From Oopsacas minuta (Eukaryota > Animalia > Porifera), in assembly GCA_024704765.1 (NCBI GenBank), contig JAKMXF010000345.1:62001-126000 (forward strand): 64,000 nucleotides of DNA, read 5' to 3'. Positions 22,957-35,031 of this stretch are shown here, one piece after another. Position numbers and translations under genes: made by a program. How positions within the stretch are numbered: the stretch's first letter is position 1; the number at the start of each line of letters is the position of its first letter. A model generated the notes under the pieces. That model saw nothing but the letters and a program-made list of their open reading frames with translations, did not search any database and was not told the DNA's origin.

Positions 22957-25900
22957 ATGTCAATTGATAATACTTTTCCATCCTCAACAACTGCTCCAGC
23001 TTTTGGTATTTATTCAGCTGCCCTTTCAATCGATCCACAAAATGTAGTGCCAAATACTACACACTGTCATAATTGCTTTAACGACGTCACGAATGAGATG
23101 AAACTGTTCAGTTGCCAACATTCCATTTGCCAAACTTGTCTCAAAGGACAGTCGCCTGGCAATAATCTATACTCAGCAGTATTTGGTCCGAATCAGATGT
23201 GTCCGATTTGTTCACCATTAGACTCAAAGCCTATTGTAAACGGTAACAATTTCCTATCGACTGTTAGTCCACTGATACCGAATGGAAATGCGCTTCCACC
23301 ACCCCCGAATGGAAATCCTCTTGCGTATATTCCAATGAATATTTTCCCACCGCCACCACTACCACCACCACCACCCGGCTCTGAGCACACCAAAATGGAA
23401 CCATTCGCCTCTTTACTCTACCAACCCCCCCCACATATCAATGGTAACCATGGAAACCCATTTCAGGGTTTTAATGGAAACCATCCTGGCATGAAAGTAC
23501 ACGCAAACACAGGGCCGCCTTCTCCAAACCTTGCTAGTACTTTAAACAATCAAATTACTGATCAAATTCATATCCCTACAACTTCACCGCATATTGCAAT
23601 GCCTGTACCTATCAATACAGGAATTCCTGCAAGCAAGCAGACTAGTTTACAGTTACCAACTACATTGCATAATCATATGTCTGTCCCAATGCATACTTTG
23701 CCGCCAAATTTTCCACCAAACTTCCCTGCAATTTTCCCTCCTTTGCCACCTAATCTTCGCAGTTTTCCACCACCACCTATACTCACTAATTTCCAGTCAA
23801 ATTTTTCTATCCCCAAACCTCACAATTCGTCTTTACCACCAGCGACGACGACAACTCTCCCGAACAATTCCCCAATCCCTCCTTCATCTCCAAAGGTTAT
23901 GAACACCATAACATTGCCTACAACATCAAGTGGGGTTTCATCAAGCAGTAGCAGTGATGGAAGCAGTCTAACTAGTAGTATTAATTCAATCATGTGTTCT
24001 TGTGATGAGGGTACCTCTGCTACAGCACAGTGCATGGATTGTGAAGATTATCTATGCGAATCGTGTGTAAGAGCTCATAGGAAAGTTAGGTGAGTTCATT
24101 TATTGTAGATAGTTTTCTTTTACTTTTAATGGGCTAAATTCTGCGTTAATATTTTTAACGGAAAATGAAAATAACTATCCAATCGTTATCCTGCGAAATT
24201 CCGATATACAGTAATTGTGAAGTGATTCTTTCCCTCTATCGCTTGGAACTAATTGCTTACAACAAAATGAAAGCAGAGCACCGAGCACTTCGTTATAACG
24301 AGAGATTCAGGCCGATTTCAATATCCGTATTGCAAAGCTTTGTATAGTACGGCCTATGCCGAGTTCTACTGTAACATATATTTTATCAATCAAATATTTA
24401 CATACATAGTAGAAGCCGGATATTTTAAACACATTTTGCACGAAAATTTTTTCAAAAATATCCGCTTGCAAATGCACTAGTGACCGGATATTTGGAATAG
24501 TTTACGGGTTTCTACTGTATCTTCAAAATGTGTCAAAACTCGATAATACAAACCTGAATTTTATCCAATAATAAGCTTACTCCCAGCCAAACTCAAAATA
24601 CCCCTGTAAACCAAAAATCATCCCTCGGGATCTTCTACTTTCTCCAATCAGTATATTTCTATATAAACTTAATACTCTCTATTCACATCAGCAAAATCTC
24701 ATTGAAATTATACATCAAATTCTGCTTATGAAATGAATAAATTTCAAAAACTCCCCTTAGGTAATCAAGGGAGATTTTGAACAAATCTCTTCAACTCTAT
24801 AGATGATATTTCTCATCTGTTCGATACGATCATTAATTCTATGAAAAACCATCAATATTGATTACAAAATGAGAATTTTGTAATCAATATTGATCCGCCC
24901 TAATTTTGCTTATTACAATAGCAATTAACTATCTGGAAAGTCCCAGCTCTAGAAGTTCAATTCTCATAGAGATTCAAGGCCTCGACTACGTTTGCCTTCT
25001 AGAATTTTATCATTGATTACAATATACGAATTTCTATATGCTAAATTCTCCTATAGATTTACTATTGTAATACATTTCTATAGGAATATGATTTATATTG
25101 CAAATTGTATTCAATATTGCAACATTACTAGAATTTATTCATAGATGCTTCTGGTTAACTTATCGACAGGTTTGCTGACGGAAAACTTAGAGAAATGGTT
25201 CGCAGCTACTTTATTAATTACTTCTAATGTTTTGGGTATTTAAACTATGTAGTAAGTACTTTGGAATCTCGTTAATACGAACACCAACGGACTGGCGAAT
25301 TCACTCGCATTTTTCCGAAGTTGGTATTAACAAGAGTTATGCCAATTGAATAATCATTGTAGGGACCTGATTTTGTGTAAATTTCGGAAATTCCTATTAA
25401 CCATATTCTTATTAAGGAGTTTCAACTGTACATCTCATATCCAGATTTATGCTTAATAGAGCCACGGGTTAATCTGGTCACTTGTCCAGAAATAAAACCG
25501 TGTAAAAACTGTAGCTCCAGTTAATCTGAAATCGCATGGCCCCTATGTGACCCTATTAAGTGGATCTACTATAGTAGAACTCGGGTAAGACGTACACTCG
25601 TTTGATACTTACTATTTCTTTCAAACCGAATATTTCTGGTGTAATATCGGGGTAACGAGAAATTCATGAGTTTGGCAATGAAAATCCGTGGAAATTTGTA
25701 AAGGATTGGTATTTACGTATCCTCATTTCTCCATCAGGGGTAATATACCCACGTTGAGGACCTCTGGGTTAAAGCGAATTTACCGAACTTTATTCTAATA
25801 GAATAACACGTGAACACAAGATCATCAACATAACCACCAAGGAAGTTATCGATTCCTCCCAAATAACATCCCCCAGTACAAACAGCTGTTCCCCTTCCTC

Positions 25901-28900
25901 TACGAAAAGCAGTATCGCATCACCTAGCGGTATGCCACCATGCCGTTTGACTAATGTTATGACATTGGATGATCAAATTGATGGGATTGAAACACACGGG
26001 GAGTGTGCTAAGCATGATGCAAACAGATTGATTTATTTTTGTCAAACTTGTGGAGTTTTGATTTGTAAGACTTGCCTCATTGCTGATCATACTCATCACA
26101 ATTATGGGTACATTCGTGAAATGTATGACAGGTGAGTTTTGTATTAAAATATTCAGTCAATTCCTGTTATATCTAACACGGATACATCGTAATTCCTGTT
26201 TATATCCGAGTCTGAAACTGTCAAAGTAACATATATTTTCATTGGTTATATCGAAGTAATTATTGGGTTCCCTTGAGCCTCGATATAACGGGAGTTGACT
26301 CACAGAAAAATGCTACCGCGTCACCTCCATGAACGGTCAGGACCCCGAAAATGCTACTTCGTTTCCCCGTCTCTACTAAATCCTCCATTTGTGGAGGTTC
26401 ATTTGTATGGGACTAGGAATTCACTTTATTTATTGTTTCCAGAAGTTCCACTTAATCCCATATCATATTTTCTCTTATTGACTATGTCTACTTTAGCCGA
26501 AACGGCGGTAATATTTGAGAATTTTGAATATCCAAATAGGATAAACGTACTACCAAAATTTGGTATTCCAATTCATTACGCTCGTCTGTTAGAGAGTTCA
26601 GCTCATTGTATTGAAAATTTCCAGTACTCTTGGGCCTCGTATATACGTATACACGTCCCGTTTATTCTGGTTGTCCTATTGTTATTTACTACTCGTTACA
26701 TCTAGATTCAAACCAGCTATAGAAGAACTAGTCTCAAAGACAAAAGTAGAAGTATTGCTTCTAGAAAATTCTGTAAAATCTATTGCTAAACTAAGTGAGT
26801 CCGTGGAACAGAAAAATACAGATTGTCTTAAAAAGCTACAAGAAACTATAACCCAGTATACAGAGGCATTAGTGGAGTATGAGCAAGACTTGCGAGAGAA
26901 GGTAAGTATTGTGCGTGAAAATTGTAGAGGTAATACAGCCAATACAGGTTTTAAGAAGTTAAGAACCCCCTGGGAGTAGCAATACATGTTCTTATAACCG
27001 ATATGTTCATATAAACAGCGCAAGATATACAGAAATATATCCGTTTTCAAGAGGATGATGTGTGTTCTTATAACCGGCATCCACTGTGAAATTCTACACT
27101 TTTTTTAGTGCGAACAATCCGTTTAAGAAGTACAAAGTTCGAATTTTGAATTAGAAACTCCCTTGAAGCGGGGTTATCCTAAAACTTGCGAACCATGGGG
27201 GCCTTGATAGAAACTTCTTGTGACGTCATGTACATGTATTTTCTAACCTGCGGTTCCCAACCTGGGTTCCATGGCCTCCTTGGTTCTCCACAGGATCTCA
27301 AAATTTGTATCGCGATCTATGGAAGGGGTCTACACTATTTGTTTAATTGGTTTAAGGTCCACTGGTGAAAATGTTTGGAAACACTGCTCTAATCTATGCC
27401 CAATGTTCTTTAGGTAAAAAGTATAACTCACAAACGTATTCACTCTTTAAAAGGCCAGAAAAATTCCCTAGAAGGTGCCCTTACTTCCCTCAAGACAATT
27501 TCCCTTTCAGCTGAAAAAGCACTAAAAGAAGAAAACAAAGGCGAAGTATTAGCCTCAAGAATCCACCTAGTGGCCAATCTCCGTGAAAAGAATTCTACTG
27601 TATTTCCTCGTGTGCCAACAGAAGATGATACTTATTTAATGAAAACTTCAAATTCTTCTGTGGAAAAAGTGCTAGCTTCGCTAATACAGATAACTACAGC
27701 GCCGTATGCACCGTTGTGTGTTGCAGAAGGAGATGGACTTAAAAGACCGAAGATTAACAAATCGTGTAACATTAATGTTACTACGAAGGATCGGTAATGT
27801 ACCAGCAACGATGGTTGTCCCATTTCCCTTTCATGATTCCCATTGCAGGGTGTGGGCATGGGTTAGAAATCGCGAAATTTTACGTTGGTTTTGAACACTT
27901 GCATTGTTATTTTCCAGAAAATGTTTGAATTTCAGTTTCTGAATTTGAAATATTTTGAAAAATTTGAACTCTGAAATTCTGGTATATTGTTCACTTGTTT
28001 TTACATTTTTGAACTCTACAGCAATATTCCTCCCCGAACTTTGACTTAAAAAGGTCAAATTTTGGAGTAAAACGGATGTATAGAAATATGGAAATCAATT
28101 TATCACAAGTCAAAGGGTGACAGTTGAAATTTCTACAAAATCAGAATTCAAATTTGACCTTTGATTATATCATTTCACCTAAATTTGAACTCTCGAAGGA
28201 GGTCAAAAGTGGGTATAATGAATTGATATACCCACGATGACCTCCTCCTGAAGTTCAAATTATAATTATTCCCTATCCATATCCTGAACTGGGGGCGTAT
28301 GTGAGGGGAAGTGGGACAACCATTGGTTGGTGCATAAATTGTATGGAAAAGCATGGGAATCATCCTTTACGTGAGCACAAATATAATAATTATGTAAAGT
28401 AATAGTGGAATCTCCGAACAATTACAATGCATTTCTCCTTGTAGACATGTTGCAGTTATGTGTTATGGAGGTTTCACCTGTTAATTATTGTTCATTTCGC
28501 TTATTATGAACTTTGCTAATTCATAGAATCTTAAGATTGTGGGATTTCTCAATTTTTTGCCAAATTTCGTGGCTTTTGAGAGAATTTGGCTAGAATATTT
28601 GACTTTTCCGCCAAAAATTTGATCGTTGAAATTCCATATTTTGAGTTTAGTAATAAGCGATTCTGACTAAATAATACATAATTATTTTATTAGCTGTTTA
28701 GAATGTTTAGTTGTGAAATTCTCTACCCAATGCCTCTAATTCGTGTCTCAGTTTATCTTCCTTTGCCTGCAAACTTTAGTTACCTTGTAATTCAAGGAAA
28801 ATCTCCGAAAAATCCTTCCCCGTTCTGCCAATTTCCCCTTTTGTGGAGGTTACACTATAATAGGAATTGTGTTTATATTTTAGTGCTATTTTTCAAAAAT

Positions 28901-31900
28901 ATTAAGGTGACAAGGCCTTCTTTTCGGCCCTTCTCAAACAAAATTATAAGAAATCTGGGAGCAAGTCAACTCGTACCTATTTCAACTCTGAGTTGACTTG
29001 CAATCAGAAATCTCCTATTCCTAGCCATGAATTTACTGTATTTATTTCTCTAGTAACGGAGATGCTTGCATTGAATGCAAAGAAAAGCTATTCGTCCAGA
29101 TGAAATCAGGAGATGGACATAACGTACCAGTAGAAGTTAATAACGACGAAGAAGGAGTATATACACTAGAATTCAAACCTTGTGTAGCCGGAGAGCATCA
29201 GTTAATCGTAGCTATACGTGGACAACATATAGACGGATCTCCTTTTATACTGCCGGTTGATGGTGGTAGGGATTATGCGAAGATATCATCTAGTATTCCT
29301 TTTTCGTTTGGAATTGAGGGAGCTGATGAAGGAGCGTTCTGTAGACCATGGGGTAAGGATTTTGGCATATACAAAATAGTAACACTTTTTATTGATTATC
29401 ACTAATCAACAATTCAATCGATTGCCAGCTTGTTTGCATCGAGGATATCCCATCGAACTATATCCTACATATAACATCCACATGATTGTATTATCATATT
29501 CAATCTACATTCATTTTCTTAGTGCCAATTCAGTTTTAGTACATTTCCAATGTGTTAATTTGTTAAGAATAGCACTGACGTCTAAAAATATCAAATTCCA
29601 ACTAGTCATATTGATTGCTAGGTTATTATAAGTAGTGTTTGTGATTATTTGTTACGTTTTCTATAAACATTCCTTTTGGTATAATTGGTTGTCAAGGTCG
29701 CATAAGTAATTTTGAAACCATAAAATTGATTTGATACCAAATTTCGAGGTAATCGGAAGGAATTAGAATATCATAATTTTACAACTGAATCAACTCTTGC
29801 TATATCAAAGCTCAAGGGACCGCGATAATTATATACGGAGTTCGATGAAATATTGTTACTTTGACGCTTGGGACCATATTTGTACAATTTCAGACTTAGA
29901 TATAAACTGTTACAGCGGAATCTCGTTAATGCGAACACAGTTAATACGAACTCCCGGATAAGATATACAAATAATTGTATCTGATCAGGTCCATGCTGTG
30001 GAAATTGAATTGGTATTACTCTGGATAAGGCTACAGATTTTGAACGTCTGTTGGTGTTCGTATTAACGAAGTTCCATTGTATTTCAATATATCCGTGTTT
30101 GATATGACGGGAATTGACCGTATTATTCATTTTTTGCATAGGTATTTGCACTAACAGTGAAGGAGATATCATAGTAGGAGATCGTAGCAACCATCGTGTT
30201 CAGTTATTCACATCATCTGGCACATTCAAGGCACAGTTTGGCACTGAGGGAACACGTAATGGTCAATTCTGTAGGCCTGCAGGTGTATGTACTACAAAAG
30301 AGGATGATATAGTTGTAGCAGATAAGGATAATCATAGAGTACAGATGTTCAAGAAAGACTATTCATTTATTCTTACTTTTGGATCAAAGGTATTTAATGT
30401 GTATAGTTGGAATCAGGGATAATAAGGAATGTTAAGTCGCTGACTGCTCGCCCCGCTGTATTACAAATGACTCTGTATTGACAAGACTGATGGACTCTAT
30501 GTTTATTAGATATTTAACCATGGATGGCGGATTTAGTTTATCTGCTTGGATGTTTTTCTAGGTCATTTTGAGGCATTCCTCGCTTGTAAGAAGGGAGATT
30601 TCTATATACCATGAAATATATGAAATCCATCATCCATGGTTATATATATCTAATATTCATATTTGGCGGTGGGGACAATTCATTTAAAGTCACAATTTTT
30701 CGGACATTTCATTTCAAAAATTGACTACGTTTTATGTATACAATGTAACTTTACAAACGCACAAACAAGGGACGTCGAAAAATGCTACCCCGTTTGTGGA
30801 GCTTACACTATACATGTAGCAATTCATCTTGCCATCTCTCGCAAGTTTTTCAATCCCATATTTTATTCAAAATTCTCTATTCACCAGGGAAGCAATGATA
30901 ACCAAATGATATACCCATATGACGTCACAGTGACACCAGACAATGAACGTATAGTAGTTAGTGATTCTGGCAATCATAGACTATTGATATTTAGTACACA
31001 AGGTGTATTGATAGCGAAGTTCGGCTATAAGGGCTATTTGTGTGGGAATTTTGATTCGCCGAGGGGTGTGACTGTAAATGATGAAGGACATATTATTTTG
31101 ACAGATTTCAATGTGCATCATATTCTTGTTATACATCCTAATGGAAGGACTGCACAGATTATTGGTGAGTTCTTTGATAGAAAATATTAGAGTATTTGGA
31201 CATATGAAATCACTCCTCTTACAAATTTCTCAGGATTTTCTTTGGCTAATCCCTGGATTTCTCGTTTTCTCCCTGTCACACACGAGAATATCCAGAAATA
31301 TAGCAAAAATGAAACATTTTCCAGAGATTTGACAATGAATTCCAGTGATCAATTTGAGTATCGAGGGAAATATTTCCATATTTATTTCAATCTATACTTA
31401 CTAAGTTCCTTGATGAATCCAGCGAAATATTGGATATTTCTCGCAATTATCTCACAAAATTAGTGAAAAATTCATATTAATTGCATGGAAAATTAGAAAT
31501 CCAGGAACATAGGTTTAGAATAGTTTTGTAAGTACGAAAATGGTTCTCCCCTCTATGTGCTTATTATTCATCTGCATAGGTGTTGTTATAGGTCATTCTG
31601 AGGTACTCCTCACTTGATTGGACGGGAAAGTTTGTGCTTATATAACATATAATAAACTAAACCAACCATCCATGTTTTCATACTACCCTCTACAGTAGAC
31701 TCTCGTTAATACGAACGCGGATAAGAGAAAAAAATTCCACGGAATCAGCTCCCTACCAATGTTTATTCAAATGGTATTACTCTGGTTAATACGAAAGCGG
31801 ACATATTTGACCGTCCGTTGCTGTTCGTGCTAACGCGGTTCCATTGTGTTTAAGTGTTGCGTATTTACAAATACTCAAGTTCGATATAACAGGAGTTGAC

Positions 31901-32231
31901 TGTATTTTATTAAACAGGGCTACATGAATGAAATACTGCAATTTTCAGAATATTAATATTCTCATATAATCTTCTAGGAGGTCAAGGTAGTGGAAATGGT
32001 CAGCTCATGCGTCCACAAGGCTTAGCAGTAGACAGTATGGGGAATATCGTAGTTGCCGATACAAGAAATCATCGAATAGTGGTATTCCATCCACATGGAC
32101 ATTTCCTTGCCAAATACGGCTCGCATGGCCAAGGGCCCGGCGAATTTGACAGACCTACTGCTGTGACGGTATTGCCCGATGGGACATTTGCTGTTGTGGA
32201 TTTCGGGAATTCTCGAATACAGATCTTTTGA
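22957..32231 (+). CDS. TRIM71: TRIM-NHL E3 ligase / RNA-binding protein, TRIM71 (lin-41) orthologue, 1038 aa
   Basis: 8 GT-AG exons 22957-24089, 25802-26131, 26706-26901, 27414-27793, 29054-29352, 30142-30389, 30888-31164, 31978-32231 (3117 nt, in frame). RING (CHNC..CQHSICQTC..CPIC), B-box1, B-box2, coiled coil, filamin repeat, six NHL repeats matching TRIM71 motifs (FCRPWG, DRSNHR, RPAG, DKDNHR, FDSPRG, RPQG, DFGNSR). A 5' UTR acceptor is at 22901-22902. Confidence 0.9.
30511..30645. mobile_element. TIR element with tatttaaccatggatgg termini
   Basis: About 24-bp imperfect TIR; second copy about 57391-57516, partial copy about 31575-31675; shared core tgcttggatgtt..ggtcattttgagg. Confidence 0.7.
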
Positions 32232-32397
32232 TTAGTGTTGTTCTCTCTCTTCTTTGATTTTGATTTCTCCGTTCACAAATCAGAAAATTAATGTATTACG
32301 TAACTTACTTATTTTTCATTATTTGTGATGGACAAACAAACAAATTATGAATTTCTCTGGAACAACAAACCTTAGGTACATAACACACATTTAGTTT

Positions 32398-32398
<1 letters not shown>

Positions 32399-32448
<50 letters not shown>
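32399..32448. repeat. (TAT)n microsatellite in the likely TRIM71 3' UTR
   Basis: About 16 perfect TAT units. Confidence 0.95.
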
Positions 32449-32452
<4 letters not shown>

Positions 32453-33524
32453 TATTGTTATTGTTTAGTCTAGTAAAGTTTTTCAAACGTATTGTCTATT
32501 GTACGTAGTACTTTTTTGTTTTCTATTAGATGCAATCAGTAATAATTAATAAGCTTTGCTAATCTTGAATTCACCCACTTTATGTACACACATTTAATCT
32601 CTTTGCCTGTATTGACTAGTTTTCTATGTATTGTGATTATTTTGTGTGCTTTTATCTCAATAATGAAAAACAGTTACACATTTTATTTTTACAACAGTGG
32701 TTCCCAACCCTTTTCATCCTTGGACTCCCAATACCAATTTTAAACAGTCTGTGATGCTTCATACAAATTTTGAGATCCGTGGAGTCGTGGACCATGGATC
32801 TCAGGTTGGGAACCGTGTCGGCTGCTCTTTTAGTGGTTTGTTTATTTGGAGTTTTGCCATTATAGTGGGGATACATTGATTTGGCTTGTTTAGATTAAAA
32901 GCACATTGTTTGAGAAAATGACATCTGAAGCATTTTCTTTAGGTGCATGTCACGGACCATGGTTGACAGCTCATTCAGGTCCACAATCACTTCCTGAATG
33001 GGAAGTACTCAATCGCCGTCTCAGCTGATCGGGTCTTGCATCCAATTATAAGAACATTAGGTCTAGTTCTTGACGCTGTTCTTATAACTGGCATCCACTG
33101 TTCTATTAACAAACATATTTCAACCACGGATGCTAAAGTAGGGCATTTTCCTAAAACTCATCTAGAATTTGGTCTAGCGATTACAGTAGAAACCGGATAT
33201 TTAACACTGGCTATTTCTAAGCCAGTTGGATATACATACGTACTATTTTTCGTGGAAATTATGCATATCCATATATCCGGTTTCTACTGTTTATGCACAT
33301 ATTGTCAGATATATACTATCGCGTGTATAACTAGTATAAGAAAGACTCTGAGTCTACAAGCAATAAGAGACACTGTAAGACAACATCAAGTGGGTGTGAA
33401 GTATGTAATAGTTGATTTAAAAAAATTTGTACGAGTTGACGGGAGGGACCGTTTAAAATATCCCCGGGTTTGTCATCAACAATTGTCTGTTATAATACTA
33501 TCTTCCTATTAAGCTGTTAGCACA

Positions 33525-33926
33525 ATGCCTAATCCAAATAAGAATAAAAGGAAAAGGAGCTTGCCCAAGAAATCGAAATCACCCCCAGTAAAACCTGAGC
33601 CAAAACCCAAGCCCATACAGAAGCTAAGTAAAATCCAAACAAGAGGCAATTCAAGAAGAATTATTCAGGAAATCAAATACTACCAAAAATCAACACACCC
33701 TTTAATCTTTCGTGGTTCATTCTACAAAGTTGTAATACAAATTTGCCGTGAATTACAGATTCAATGTCGTTGGAATATTGTTGCACTCGAAGCATTACAA
33801 GAAGCGCTTGAATTGTATCTAGTTATGTTTCTATCTGATGCGAATCTTCTCGCTTATCATACAGGGAGAGTTACGCTATTTCCTCGGGATATACAGTTAC
33901 TACAGAGATTGCGATCTAGTATTTGA
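33525..33926 (+). CDS. CENPA: Centromeric histone H3 (CenH3/CENP-A)-like H3 variant, 133 aa, single exon
   Basis: H3 histone fold (QEIKYYQKST..ALQEALELYLV..DANL..RVTLFPRDIQL) with unrelated K/P-rich tail. Has CenH3-type substitutions at H3 Q68 (Y), F84 (W) and T107 (A), and HTGRVTLFP is close to human CENP-A HAGRVTLFP. No histone 3' stem-loop seen. Confidence 0.75.
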   Translation: MPNPNKNKRKRSLPKKSKSPPVKPEPKPKPIQKLSKIQTRGNSRRIIQEIKYYQKSTHPLIFRGSFYKVVIQICRELQIQCRWNIVALEALQEALELYLVMFLSDANLLAYHTGRVTLFPRDIQLLQRLRSSI

Positions 33927-35031
33927 TTATTATTATTATTTGTATGTTGATAATGTTGCATACAAAACATATGAACAACACCAATCACTCATTAATTATT
34001 ATTCCATTCTTTATTTGTTATTTCATTAATACAGGCTAGTTTTATGATTCTTGATTTGTGTTTGTAAACTGACGTCATATGTTAAACAGCTTTTTCCATA
34101 AGCTACTTTGTAATTAAGGTCAAAGACTATACCATGAACTTTGAGATTTTCAACAATTATGAAGTTTGGGATGAATTTTTAGTTTGCGCGTTGACATGAC
34201 GTCATATGCCCAAATAGCCCATACACAGTAGATTCCGTTTCATAGAGCCACCGGTTAATCCGGTCACTTGGCCAGAAACAGAACCAACAAAGATTGCTAA
34301 ACTACTCCGGTTAATCTGGCCAATACGGCAACACCTTTATTCGGCGAAATGACATGCTTGGTCCTGATGTGACTGTTCATTTCCCATTTCCCTTTGGCAA
34401 TGGTTCATAAACTTTTAGAGGTTATTTGAACGGCATTTTCAAAAACAGGTTGAACCTTGACCTTCATGTCATTCAAGTATCATAATTAGAGCTAGTTACA
34501 CCCTAGCGGACTTCACTATTCAAAATTTATGATTCATATATAGTGCAACCATAGATAAGCTCTGTAGTATGTGTATAAACATATGTGCTTGTGTATTATA
34601 GAGTGGGATATGATGAATAAGCCATTTATTCGCAGTTTCTACCATAGTACCTTCCTAGCTAATAACTAGGACGGACGGTGATGGCCTTTGTGGTTCTGAT
34701 CCTTTCCAATTTTTAAAGAAAGTAGATAGGAATAAATATATCGGAATACTTTTAACGACATTTGAAATATTTGGTTTATACAACCAAATTATAATTCCAA
34801 CTGTCACTTTTGACGTGTGGTTTTCGGTATTTATCGTGTGTCCGGTCCTACCGAAAATGTTGTAGAATTGTTTGTTTTATCGAAGCTCAAGAAACCGCAA
34901 TAATTCCTTCGATATAACAGATGGAAATTATGATACTTTGACGATTTATGACCATATTTGTATAATTCAGACCTCGATATAAGGGGAGTTGACTGATTTC
35001 TTACTAAATTTAGCTACACACACATTTTGCA

